IMG/VR virus record: IMGVR_UViG_3300001598_000066
Location: 1-52,139 of that record
Origin: a virus
DNA length: 52,139 bases
Reading direction: 5' to 3' (one strand)
This document shows positions 15,209-28,700 of the stretch, one piece after another (the stretch's first letter is position 1; every line of letters starts with the position of its first letter). The notes under the pieces were generated by a model, which saw only the letters and a program-made list of their open reading frames with translations, was not told the DNA's origin and ran no database searches. A program made the translations under genes and the position numbers.

Positions 15209-16702
15209 ATGAAGAGTGCTGTAATATATGCTCGCTTTTCTTCTGATAGACAGTCCGAACTATCCATAGAAGCACAAGTGAGAGCTTGCAGAGAATATGC
15301 ACAAGGTAAAGGATATACTATTGAAGAGATTTACAAAGACGAAGCTATAAGTGGCAAGACTACAAATCGAGCTGCATATCAGCGAATGTTAAGGGATGCG
15401 AAAAAGGGAAAGTTCCAAACAATCCTTATCCACAAATACGATAGAATATCACGTAATCTTGGTGACCAAGTAAACCTTAATGCAAAGTTGAAGTCGCTTG
15501 ACATAGAACTAATTGCAACAGCTCAGGATTATGGTTCAAGTAAGGAAGGAAAGTTAATGACCGGGATTCAATGGATACTTGGAGAGTATTACATTGATAA
15601 CCTATCAGAAGAAGTAAAAAAGGGTCACAAGGAAATTGCTTATAAGGGATTACATAACGGAGGTTGTGCTCCGTTTGGATATGACATTGTAGACCAAAAG
15701 TATGTTGTTAATCCGGTTGAAGCTAGCTACGTTCAAAAGATATACTACTGTGCAATAAATTGTACAGGGTATAAAGAACTGTTAAAGGAAATGAATGAAG
15801 CAGGAATAGTTGGTAAACGTGGCAAGCCTTTACGCTATTCTTCTATATATGAAATACTGCGTAATGAAAAATACACTGGGACATACGTGTATTCAAGTGA
15901 TGAAGAGAAAGACCGGAAATTGCGTAGAGAAAAGCCCAACGCCATTAGAGTTGACGGAGCATTGCCAACAATAATTCCACGTGATGTATGGGAAAGAGTA
16001 CAAGAGATTATGGATGAAAAGAAGAGAACTAAAAGAGAATCAGATTATCTATGCTCAGGTTTAGTTTATTGTGAGTGTGGGGCCAAAATGCACGCACAAG
16101 TTTCCGCAAATAAAGGGCATACATATCATTACTACGTATGCTCAAATCATTGTGGGGCAAAAGCGGTTAAGGTGGAAACGGTTGATAAAATGGTACAAAT
16201 GTATCTTGATGAATTAACTAAACCTGAAATAAGAGAAACAATAACAAATGCTTTGAAAGATTCTGCAAGAGATAAACAAAAGTATCTTGATGATTTTATG
16301 GCTATGAAGCAGGAAAAGATAAATGCAAAGCAGGCCGAGATAAATAACTTGACATCGAACTTAGCAACAGCTTCTCTTCCTGAAACAGTTGTTAAAATTG
16401 TTGCAGAGAAAATCAAAGCTTGTCAGGAAGAATTAGACCATATTATGAAAGTAAAGCCAGTTATGGATTATACAATTGATACTGTTGGTGGTTGGCTAGA
16501 TGCAATGCTTTCAAAAGAGCCGGATGAATTACCACGATTCATCATTGATAGAATAGAAATAAAAAACAACTCAGCAACGATTATTTCTTCGTTATCTGAG
16601 TTGTTGGATGAACTTGGTTGCGGGGGTTCGCAATGTAGCGACCCAACAACATTGCTCCAGAAGATACCAATACAATATTTATACAAAGTCTACTATATAT
16701 AA
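15209..16702 (+). CDS. Large serine recombinase (integrase)
   Basis: N-terminal resolvase motif AVIYARFSSDRQ (catalytic Ser), a recombinase domain and a zinc ribbon (CSGLVYCECGAKMH...YYVCSNHCG), followed by a coiled coil. Confidence 0.9.
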   Translation: MKSAVIYARFSSDRQSELSIEAQVRACREYAQGKGYTIEEIYKDEAISGKTTNRAAYQRMLRDAKKGKFQTILIHKYDRISRNLGDQVNLNAKLKSLDIELIATAQDYGSSKEGKLMTGIQWILGEYYIDNLSEEVKKGHKEIAYKGLHNGGCAPFGYDIVDQKYVVNPVEASYVQKIYYCAINCTGYKELLKEMNEAGIVGKRGKPLRYSSIYEILRNEKYTGTYVYSSDEEKDRKLRREKPNAIRVDGALPTIIPRDVWERVQEIMDEKKRTKRESDYLCSGLVYCECGAKMHAQVSANKGHTYHYYVCSNHCGAKAVKVETVDKMVQMYLDELTKPEIRETITNALKDSARDKQKYLDDFMAMKQEKINAKQAEINNLTSNLATASLPETVVKIVAEKIKACQEELDHIMKVKPVMDYTIDTVGGWLDAMLSKEPDELPRFIIDRIEIKNNSATIISSLSELLDELGCGGSQCSDPTTLLQKIPIQYLYKVYYI

Positions 16703-16705
16703 AAA

Positions 16706-16731
16706 GAGGGCTGGGTTTTACCCCAGCCCTT
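16706..16731. terminator. Bidirectional hairpin between the convergent integrase and giant ORF
   Basis: Perfect 9-bp stem AGGGCTGGG-TTTTAC-CCCAGCCCT (16707-16730). On the minus strand it is followed by CTCTTTTTATATA. Confidence 0.7.
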
Positions 16732-16735
16732 CTCT

Positions 16736-19700
16736 CTACCTGTAATAGTACCACGGATTATTGTTACGTTCGTTCTTTACCCAACCACTATTGGCTGCAC
16801 GGAACAGCAGGTAGCAAGAGTGCCCATCAAGCCCCTGAGCTTCCATATTTCTGATTGCAGATGCAACTTCGTCCTGATTGTAGGACTGGTTATCATCTGA
16901 ATCAAAGTTGTCAATAATCGCCTGATAGGTAATTACATCCTTTGCATCAAGTCCATTGTACTTATCGTGCGTGGTTATTAAACCGTTTACCGCACTATTC
17001 TTTGCTTCAACGCTCGCATACGCCTTTGCCTTTTTCTTGTACTCCTCTTTATCTTCCTTGCTTAAGTCATAAGAAGGAAGCTTGTTTGTGTATTCATAGT
17101 ATTTAGCTTCGTATGTGTTCATCATCTTAGTATACTGGTTGTAACTAAGCTGATGTTCTCCACCATCACTATCCTTTACAAGAGTATCAAGTAAATCAAG
17201 ACTTTCGTATTTCTTCTCCGTTCCACGAACACCGTCCTGATAGTCGTTATAAACTTCAACCATCTCTTGCGTTATTGCGTTAATCTCATCGTGATAACCC
17301 TTTATAAGCTCTTCTCTACTGAGTGTAGGCTTATTGTTAGTTTCACGAATTGATTTCCACAGTTCCGACAGTCTCTTGTTCGGAGATATACCATAAGTAA
17401 CTTTTCCAGTCTCAGGACTTACATCCTTGTAACCTGCAAGCTCGTCAAGCTTTCCACCACTTGGTATCTTTACACCAGCATCCTTCAAGTGCTGAACTGC
17501 TGAATCGGAAGTATCATTGAACAATTTATATATGTTTTCATCATACTTACTCTTCCTGCCAGATTCGTAGTTGTCTTTGTCTCCTGCAGAACGTGCCTTA
17601 AGAGTGTAATATTCGTTGGTATATCTGTTGCTGTATGTAGTATCAGCAGATACCCTATCAGCAATACCAGATAAAGCACCGTACAGTCCTTTTGAAGGTG
17701 TTGTGGCAGGCAATGCGAACTGACCAATGACACCTGTGTATTGTTTGAGAACGTACTCTATACCCTTCGGAGTATTTAATGCTCCTAGTGAAGGAATATC
17801 CGGTAGTGCTTTTGCAAGCAATACGGCAAGTCTGCTCGTTGTATCATCGTAAACGTTGTTGTAGTAGCCACCAAACGGAGTTTCCTCTCCGGCTTCCATA
17901 GCATCATCAAATACCGAGCTTACAATCTTATTGCCAGACCAAGTTCTATTTGAACGTGCATCAAGGATTGGAGCAATGATTGTGCTGTATGATGGGACTA
18001 CGTCATCAAAGAACGAGTTCATCAAAGCCCATCCACCATCCTCTTCATCGTTCCACACCTTACGGAGTACAGTGTCAAAGGTCGTACTGAAAAGCCAACC
18101 AATTTCCTGCGGTTTAGGAATACGATAAAATTCTCCCTTATTACCACCGAACCACTCTTTATTAAGTATCCAGTAACCATTCTTGTAATAGTCGGGAAGC
18201 TTATCATATTCATCATCATCACGATGAGCAAATGCAAGTATAATTGTTGGGATAGTTAGAGCGATAATTGATTTTATCCAAGTCTGCTTAACAACTTTCT
18301 GCTTTTCAGTTTCGCTCATACCCTCATACTTTGCGCCCTTACCCTTGTATGCGTTATACACATCGGTAAGACCGTTAATTCCAGCTCTAAAGTACGGAAT
18401 AATCGCTGACATATCCTTTACAGTCTTTCCACTACCTTTACGTGAGAAGTCTGTTGTGACCTCTTGCGCCCTTCTGGAAGCAACAATTACAGCACTTTCT
18501 TTATCCATCCCCTTTTCGGTTAATTGATTCATACTGCGTGTATATTCAGCAAGTCGTGGAGCTGTTTCCATCAGGTTATTTAGGTTTTCAATTTCTCTAA
18601 TAAGGAACTTCCAACCATACTTTATACCTTCCTTGAAGCTCTTGCCCTTAAACCCATTCAGCTTAGCAATGGAATCAAGCATATAAGACATATCTTCAGA
18701 AAGCACCGATTCATAACCGATACCAGCAGCTTTATACGCCTGATAGCGTTCAGAGTCCTTAATAACATCTGCAATAGCCACAGCCCAATCTCTTACAGCT
18801 TTAACCGGATTAGCTTCGCTTCCCTTGATATATGCCAATGGAGCATCACGCCACGGATTGGAGAACAGCGCAAACAATGGGTTAGAGCCTGTTGTCAAGG
18901 TTGTCATTGTCCTCTTCAGTTTTGACATAGCACGCATCCAAGCTTTCATTTCGCTTGTATCACGCATAGCTTCCAACATATTGATAAGGGTTGGGTCAAC
19001 TGCAACAAACATCTCAACTTTATCGCCAGACTTTACTCTAAATACATCCTTTCGGTCAGTAGTGTAATCTGCTGTATAAAAATCAATGTAGTCATCAACA
19101 AGATTTTCAATGGCATCAGTTACATCTGAGACTCCATATTTTTCATCAAGCTGTTTCTTAATTTTGGGGTCAGCTTTATCAGCGTAATACTGTTTAGCTT
19201 CATCAACCGTCATTTTGGAATGAAGAACAGTTGCAAGCTCGCCTTCAAGCTTAGACTTTAATGCTTGTGCATCATAAGTGTTCTTTGTCGCACCAGCCTC
19301 ATACTCAGCTATGAACATTGACATAGCTTCGGATGTTTCTGGGTCATAGAACATATCTCTCATTGCCTTAAATACTTCACGATTCTTTTCTGATTTCACA
19401 ATACGGTTAATATCGTAAATCATAGTTTCAATCGGGTCGTACGTATCGTAGTCACTTCCCTTAGCAAACATGAACTGATTGCTGTCACCGAATCGGTCTC
19501 TTCTGAGTTTACCATCCTTACCTTCAATGACACGTGCATTGGAAACATACTTGGGGTTTAATGCTCGCAACTTGTCAAACAGGTCCTCTTCAACCATTCC
19601 AGTATCTACAAGCCACATTCTTTGGAACTTTTCGTACCAGTCATAGATTGATTGAGCTGTTTCGATGAACTCAGGATGTTCCTGTTCCCACGTTGCCTTC

Positions 19701-22700
19701 ATTTTCAACATTGTGTCAATGTTGTTTAAGCTACGTTCATACACTTGCTTCCCCTGATTCCACCATTCAATAGCGTGTTCGTTTTTCAAATACGCCTTAA
19801 ATGCTGTCAAATTGTCCTTTACTGGAACGAGCAGGCTGATAAATGACTTATCAACAAAAGTATCATCATTGGGGGCAACCATACCACTTTCAATAATGGC
19901 AGAAGCTTTAGCATCGGAAGTTCTCGCATTTTGAGCTTTCAAGAAAGGATTATCTTTTGGCTTGATATATTTTCCGGATAGTCTTCCGATTTCCTTATTC
20001 ATTTCATCAAGAGCTTTAAATTCTTCGACAACATTCGCTGTCAAATCAATTACCTTCTGACCAAATGTACGATAATCTTCAGGCTTATCTTTTCTGCTCT
20101 TAATGGAAGCTTCAGCTTTCTTTGTTGGGTCTGCATTAAGATATGTTTGTGCAAGGTCAGCAACCTTTTTAATCTTTTCCATATCTTCTTTAGAAAAAGC
20201 GGCTTCCATCTTTGGAATAAATCCTACGCCTTTATCAAACTCTTCAGCTCCTGCTGGGTTTGTACAATACAATCTGAACAGTTCTGCAAATGCTTCTCTG
20301 CGTATTTTTTCAGGGTCATTTTGGTATCTGTTCTGAACTCGCTGTTCAAAACGCTTTCCAATCTTCTGAAGGTCGTCTTCGTATACTTCGCTGAACTTAT
20401 ACTGACGGTCAAATTTATGACCAGCTTCGTGGAATGTAACAATCAGGTCATTATATTCCTTGAGTCGAATCTGTCCTCTATCAGGAATAAAGTAACCTAA
20501 TACCCTACGCTTCTTAAAATTGCCCGCACGTATAATTGGAACCTTAAACTCTTTGGAAACAATCTTGATTAAGTCGTTAGCGTTCTTGACAATTTCCTTT
20601 GTAGATGTTTCAGGCGTTGCCTTTGGTGCATAAAGCTGGCCTGTTGATACCTGCTTGGGTCCCTTGACAGCTTTCTTTTCCTTCTGTTTTGCCTTGCCCT
20701 TTTCCATTGCATTCTTAACTTTGTCAGATGTGGAAACATCAGCCATGAGTTCAATTCCCGAAGGTGAAGATGTAGATGTCTTATTAAATTGCTTCGGTTG
20801 AGCCGATTCTCTTCTCTGATGTTCTTCTTCGATTATGGTTTCCATATCAAGACCTTGTACGAACGGATTAATCGCCTTGCCTGAGCCGGATTCACCGAGT
20901 TCCTTTATAAGCGAATCTCTTTCCGCTTTATCCTTTGCAAGCAGTTCGCCCTTCTTAAACCCGGCATTCTCTACATTCGCTATGGCTTCATCATATCGTT
21001 TCTGCTGATACTGTAATGCTTTCTGGGAATTTCTTAAATGGTCTTCAATTCCAGAATAAGACTTTGTTCCGTTTAATGAGTTATTCAGTCTTAAAAATAC
21101 TGAGCTGAGAGGATAATGCAAATTAGTATCATCAGCATCGTACCTTCCACCATTTTCTTTGGTGAGCTGAATTACCTTTGGCTCAAATTCAGTCGGTCTG
21201 AGTCCATCAATGCTGAGTGTATATCTGCCCTTTTCGTACTTTGAATCATTATAAAGAACAATGTCGAATCCGTGGAACTTACCAACAACCTTGCTTTCGC
21301 CCACTTTTAATGTCTGAGCTATCGGAAGAAGTGCGTTGCTTGCCGCCGGGAATGTATCGTACACTTCTCCATCAATGGTAACATCGTTACTCGGATTATC
21401 TTTTAACACGGATACAGCAGATTCATAAATCGCAATGCGCTGTTCAAGGTTGAGCTTTGTTGAATCGAATTCACGGATAACACGCTGATACTGAATAGAC
21501 TCATTCTCGGCATTACGCTGTTCGGTTTCAAGTTTCTTGATTTCAGCTTTTACTTCGGCGAGCCTTTGCATTTTGGGATTGTTTGCGGCTTCAACTGACA
21601 TATTCGCAAAATCATCTGTGCCTAAATCCTCAAATTCTCGTTCGGTTGGGTCACCGTGAAGTACGCTTGAGATAAACTTGTTCTTCGTATCAAGGATATT
21701 CCACATCGCAGCATCGTATGAATTTTCAGTCGAATACATATATATCCGAACCGAATCATTCTCGTTGCCTTGTCTTATGGCTCTTCCGTTACGCTGTTCT
21801 ACATCTGACGGTCTAAATGGTGCATCAACATGGTGTACTGCCACAACCTTATCCTGAACATTCATCCCCTCCCCCATCATTGATGTGGAGCCTAGAAGAA
21901 TGCGCACATTTCCGCTTCTTACTTTCTCGAAAAGAGCTTCTTTCTTTTTGTCGCTATTACTTCCCTGAGTATCCTGAATAAATGCTATTTCATGCTCAGG
22001 AATACCCATTGCAACAAGTTTACGCTTTATATCCTCATACAGATTAAAATCATATCTTGCTCCGTACTGTTCCTCCAGAAGTTTATCCAATTTTTTCTTG
22101 TCGTTAGCGGAAAGTTCTTCTCCATTGGCTTCGCACTCTTCCTGTTTGACTAACAACTCTTCGAGCTGAGCAGTCTTTTGCGGTGTAAATGCAGACTTGT
22201 TGGGCGTACCTCTATCAAGGAATATTAACTGTGTACCACTTCTATCGGAACTATTTTTATATTCCTCGAATACATTATCGACTACCTTGTTAATCTTGCT
22301 CCCCTTAAAGTCGAGTGCGGACGGAGATAATGTTGATGGCAGGTAGCCCTTGTTCTGAAGTATCTTCATCACAAGTCTAAGGTCAAGTGCCGCCGCCTTT
22401 GCATCACCATATAAGAGTAATGAGTTTATACCTTCCGCTTTAAGGTCCTCAGGTCTCATTCCCTTAATCCTCTGTTTCTCGGATTCGATATATTCATTGA
22501 ACATATCAAGAAGTTCTGAGCTTTCAGATGTAATATGGCGCAATTCCGCTTTCGGTATCTTAAAGGTCGGGTCATTTGCAACAATATCATCAATGGTAAG
22601 CGTGTCTGTAAATTCCGCAAAGCCTTTTACAAGCTCAGGGATATTAACAAACTTCGAGAAACGCTGTTTCGCAACAATGCCTGTGCCTGTTGTGTTAGGC

Positions 22701-25700
22701 TCAAACCTTGTCACTATGTTTCCGAAATTTCCGGCAAATGCATCAAATGACTTCATATAGTATTTTTCGAGCAAGTCAGGTCTTAAATACCTGAACATAT
22801 TATACATTTCGCCCATTGTATTGGAAATGGGTGTAGCAGTCGCAAATACAACCTTGCCATTCATCTGATGGATTCGCTTCGTTGCCATTAACATTCGTGT
22901 GGTTTTCTGTGCATCACCTGTGCTTACACCGGCTATTCTGTCCATTGCAGTAAAGTTTTCAAGGTTCTTGTAGTTGTGGGCTTCGTCAACTAATATTGCA
23001 TCAATACCTGAATTGTCAAATGCCACAACATCATCTGTACGCTTGTTGCTCTTGCTCCTAAGTTCATCGAGCTTTGCCACATACTTCTGAACACGCTTTT
23101 TAAGTCCTGATAATTTTCTTTCAGATACTCCGTTGGATATTGCTGTTTCTAATGCCAAGTTCGCTTCGTCAATCCTCTCCTGATAGAACGCTTCTTCAAA
23201 CTCTGGTGTAAACGGCATTTTCTCAAAACTCGAATGACGCATTATGATACAGTCATAATCGTTTGTCGCAATGCTTTCAAGAAGCTTCTTCCTTACGCTT
23301 TCCGTCCAAGTACTACTATCAATAGCAAGGATATTTGCAGTCGGGTACATTCTATACCAATCTGATACAAAGTCAGGAAGCTTGTGATTCGGAACCACCA
23401 TTAATGGCTTATTTGCCATTCCGAGACGCTTCATTTCATGTGCTGCACCTATCATCGCAAATGTCTTGCCTGCGCCTACCCCGTGATTAAGTAATGTAGA
23501 TGGTGTTGTGAGCATCCTATATACTGCGTTCACCTGATGCTTTCTGAGATTGATTGCGCTTCCCGGCATCTTAAGGAATGACTGTTCCTTGCCCATAAAT
23601 GTATCAAACTTCCTAAGAACGGTTCTGTTCATTCGCTCGTTGTAGAGTTTAACAAGCTCATACATTCTGTCTACGTCTTTCTTCGCCCAGCTGTCAAAGT
23701 ATTCACTCATTTCATCCATCTTAGCCTGAACATTCTCCATTCCCTTAGTATCAGGAATAGGTTTCCCTCCAGGATTACTAATAGAAAGTTCAATACGTCT
23801 ATGGTTAAGTACAGCGTTGAGAATATCAACTCCGTCTACATCCTTAGAAGTTCCTTTAGCCGACCACTTCGCTGCCGATTTTCTGGTAGTATTTACATTC
23901 CATATTGAGAATGTCGGGTCATATGTGACCTTGATACTTCCGTCCGGCTCAATTCCGCATATATCATAAGCAAAATCAGCAATGGTATCTTCATCTATCC
24001 AAGCGGCACCAAGCTGAACCTTAATATCACCTGCACCAATATCCTTTGGGATTACGGATTCAAGAGCCTTAATCTGATTGTCATACTTATTCTCAATTCC
24101 GTACTTTTCCTCGTAGGCTTCATTCATGGCCTTAGCTTCTTCGAGCTTTGATTTAACATCACCACTCAGGTATTCTTCAGCCATTATGTAAGTTCCGTTT
24201 TCGTCTAAACTCGGTACTTCAAAGATTGTGTCGGACAGTTCAAGAAGTATATCCTCTTTACTCTTTCCATAAAGTTCTGACATATACTCCAAGTCTATGT
24301 TGCCATTAATGTTTATGCTCGCAAATAATGCGTCTAATGCAGTCTCAGCACTTGTGATATTACGGATAGCGTTTACAGTTCTCTTTGTAAATACATCAGA
24401 CTTTGTATAAACTTTTTTACCGTTAACCTCTTTGACTTGTTCCAACGCACAAATCATATCGTAACGAGGGTCGCCATCAAATATCTCTTTGGACGCACCA
24501 TCGCGTATGCGCCCTAACTCATTCTTTGAATTCTTGAAATTCTTTGTGTAGTCGTCATAGAGTTTAGTTAACTTATCTCTGTATTCCTGAAGGTCCGCAT
24601 CTTCTTCAAAGGTTTCCTGAGCGCGTGCGAGTTCAAGATACGCGTTTGCAATTTCTGTTAAGGCAATTGCACGCTTATAATCCTTGCTTCCCTTTTGGAT
24701 GTAGCTCTTTTTACGCTCTTTAACAATTTTTCCATCTTCAAAGGTCTGATTGCCATGTTCGTCTAATACATCCACTTTGGCTTGCAACCTCTTGAATGGT
24801 TTGGATAATTCCCCACCATCAACTGTATAAAGCTCGCCGTCCTTTACAATGTATGTGCCTGTGGGTTTACCAAACGCTTCATCATTTGTTAATGCCTTAG
24901 TTGTATCAGCGTCTTGCTGTGCAGCTTCGTACTGTTTCGCATTGGATATAATGTTTTTGGGAACCATATCAACGATTTCATCAATAGTTCTTCCGTCATC
25001 CTCAACAATTAAGTCTTTGCGCGATTCACCAAAACTCTTTATTGCAAAGTTGCCGATTACATTATTCGGATTATCAATCCAGAACTTAGATACAGTTTTG
25101 TTTGTTCCGTCCACTTCAAGCTTTGCGGTTGATGGGAACTCTGTACCTACGCTATATCCTGACTTTGACTTCTTCTGAAAGATGATTAAGTCGCATACAG
25201 TTTCAGTATTACCGAATGTTCCAGCAGGAAGTCTGAACGCGGTTATAAGGTTAGCCTTTTCCTTAATAAGACCTCCGACTGTTGTTCCGCTTCCCTCGTC
25301 CATAATGCTTGTTGGTGCGAGAACTGCCATTACACCATTCGGCTTTAACAGGTCTAACCCTTTAAGCACAAAGAAGTCATGGATATCTTGCGCTTTCTTT
25401 CCATATTGGAAGTTTTCATCGTAAACAGGGAAATTCTTTGAGAACGGGATATTGCCAACGATAAGGTCTAATGACTCTCTCGGTGCATTAAGTTTCTCAA
25501 ATCCTGATACAGTTACATCAGCATTGGGATATAGGAGTTTTGCGATGCTTCCCGAAATGCTATCAAGCTCTACCGCTGTTATTCCGTTATCACGCATACT
25601 CTCAGGCATTGTCCCAAGAAAAATACCCGTACCACAAGAGGGTTCGAGTATCTTACCATTAGCAAAGCCCATACGCTTTACTACGCTATATACAGTTTTC

Positions 25701-28700
25701 GCTACTTCAACAGGCGTATAGAAGGCAGTCATTGTGCCGTTCTGCATTGCTGTATTGTATGCCTCTTTGCCTATCAAGTCTTTAAGTTTATCGGAACGTT
25801 CAATATCAGCTTGAGTCTTTGAATTGAAGATGTTTTTCAGTCCGCCCCAACCAGTAAAGTTCGCAAGCATCTCCATTTCTTCAGGCGTTGCGGATGTCCT
25901 TCCTTCGTCCTGAATTTGCTTCAATGTTTCAATAGCTTTAATATTTGCATCAAAACGTGCAGTCTTGCTCTTCTTTAGTATTGGGAGATTTTCGATTACA
26001 AAGCCTTTATTATCTCTTCCGCCTCTGCCCTCACCATTTCCTCTGCCATCAGAGGAAGCTGCATTGTCATTCTCGTTAATGCTAGGAAGTCTGTCTGCTG
26101 TGCTTTCTTGTATTCCTCCGTCTGCTCCAACTGTTCCCTCAGCTTGTCCCTGATGTCTATCTCCCTGCTTGACATTCTGCTCTGCAACTGCTTCACTTTG
26201 AATTCCAGAGTTCCTGCCTGTTTCAGTCTGTTGTACGCTTCCGGATTCAGATATTGGATGTAGTCCCGAATTTGACTGTTGTTCATTGTTCCCTTTCTCC
26301 TTTTGACTTGTATTTGATAATTTACTCTCAGATGTCAAGTTTTTTGTAGGCTTATCTGATTCAGACTTATTTACAGATTGAGGCTTATATCCCTCGTCCG
26401 TGTTATTCGATTCTGATTCATTCTTGCGTTTCGCAAACTCTTGTTTGAATTTGTCGGAAAAAGATTTGAGCTTACTTGGCTTTTGGTTGACTAATTCTTT
26501 TGCTTTAATCGGGAGTGCCACACCACTAATTTCCCCATCTGCGTTTTTACTATAAAGATAATGACACCCTCCAAATGTATCATCGCTTATGAAGAATTGA
26601 CTATCGCTTAAAAGGTCTACATATTTCTTGGTAAATACTGACGATAAATCTTTGGCAAACGAATAAACCTTTGTCCCATTGGCAAGCTCAGCTTCTGTTG
26701 GAGCATTTTCTACAATCGACATTTTCTGACCAAGAATTTCATCAAACCTCTCAACTGAACCATCAAATCTAATGTTTGTCTTTTTATACTTATCCTTATT
26801 ATCAATTATAGCATCAGCTTCTTCTTTGGTAGATAGAATTGCGCAATAATTATCGCTGAGATAGTATTTACCGTTTGAAACAATTACTGAAAATTTATCG
26901 CTTTTACTTATCCATTTGTTCACACTATCTCTTATTGTAGGCTCTTGCTTGTATTTCGCCTTTAATTTATCTAACACAGACGAAATAGCGTTTGGGTTGT
27001 TATTAATTTCAAAACTTCCATCATATGGGATATCAGTTTTAATAACACCATCTTTTGAATTTGAACCTTCTATAATGGCTTTGATTAACGATAGCTGTTG
27101 TTCCTTGCTAAATCCTTCAACGTTTCCCTTGATATCAAAATCTTCAAATTTTAATTCTCCATTCAGAAGAGCATCCTTTATTGCAGTGATGTTATCTGTT
27201 GAAACTGAACGTTGCTTTATTTTAAGCTTTGCATCATCGGTTTCGTCTTCATCAGGGATTGTATCACCAGTGTTGTCAACCTCTTTAATTTGGTTACCAT
27301 CATTGTTTGTCAAATCATCCTGTGTAGTTGTTTGAGTTTCCGATGATTCACTCTTGAGCGCATTGACCTTGAGCTTGTACTTTAATTCAGTTGCATCAAG
27401 TTCACCGTCAGCTACAACACCAATATCCTCAAGAGCTTTCCAATCAGCATTGTTAATATTGAGATTCTTCTGAGTGAGAGCAATATCAATCTCATCAAGA
27501 GCATCAACTCTGTCGAGTATCTCTGTTCCTAGTCTATCAAGCAAATCGCCCTGAGCCTCGGAAGATACTTCACCGTTATCACTGCTTTCAGTTTTATAGT
27601 CGGAAAGCTTAACAACCTGTGCTTCTCCAGTTGTGTTTGCTACGCCCTGAGCTTTTTTGAGACCATTGAATAATCCGGTTACATCAATCTCTGTTGGTCC
27701 TTTAGGCGTTTCTGTTTGAGATTCATTCGATTCCTTTAATCTTCTTGCTCTTTCGTCAAATATATACTCTTTATTTATATATTCGAATGTACTACCATCT
27801 TGAGATGTTTCCGTTTCCATCAGACCAGCATTTCTGAGTGCATTTGCCTGTTCCTCGGTTATTCCGTCCATAGAATATGGTCTATCGTACTGCGATTCTG
27901 CCATTGTAATAAGCGTATCACTTGATAGTTTAGATAAAGCGTCAATCTGAGATTGTGTATAATTAATTCCGCTTTGCCCGGTATAAACAATCTTATTTGT
28001 ACTTACATCTTTTGATGTTCCAGTATTAGAAGCATTATCTACGTACTTCTTATAATACGCTTTAACTCCATCTGCAAAGTGTTCTCCAAGAGCATTTTTG
28101 CCAACCTTTGCATTTACGGATTCGATAATGTCCTGTGCTGTGTAGTCTTTATAATCAGAGACTTTAGCATAAAACTCTCTGCCTGAATATTTGGCTGGCA
28201 TATCACGGAACCTGAAGTACAAATCATTGTTCTTATCAACAATGTCAATAAGTTCATACGGAGACATACCGCTCTCTCCATAGGTTTCGCTTTTACCCTC
28301 ACTATTCAGATTACGGTAAAATACATTAGGCTCTATTACACGCTCTAATATTGAACGACTATCACCATAATGTATAGGAGCATCATCGTGCTTTGCTTCA
28401 ACCTCAAGAACTCCCCGGTCTCTTAGACCAGCATCGTATGCAAGTTTTGCGGCTCTCTCAGATAAAGGAATATCAAGCTCGTGGAACGCATACTGTTTTC
28501 CATATCTGCTATCCTTGTCGATATCATAATTGAAGTCATCTCCAAATAACCCTAAGCGGTAATAGCCTTGCATTGCTTTTACATACGGTATTGCATTGTC
28601 TAAATAGTCATTGTATATTGAGCTATTTGTTACGGCCTTATACCAATATGTATCTTCCGAACGCCCCTTTGAAAGGGTTTTTGCATACTTTTCAATCTCT

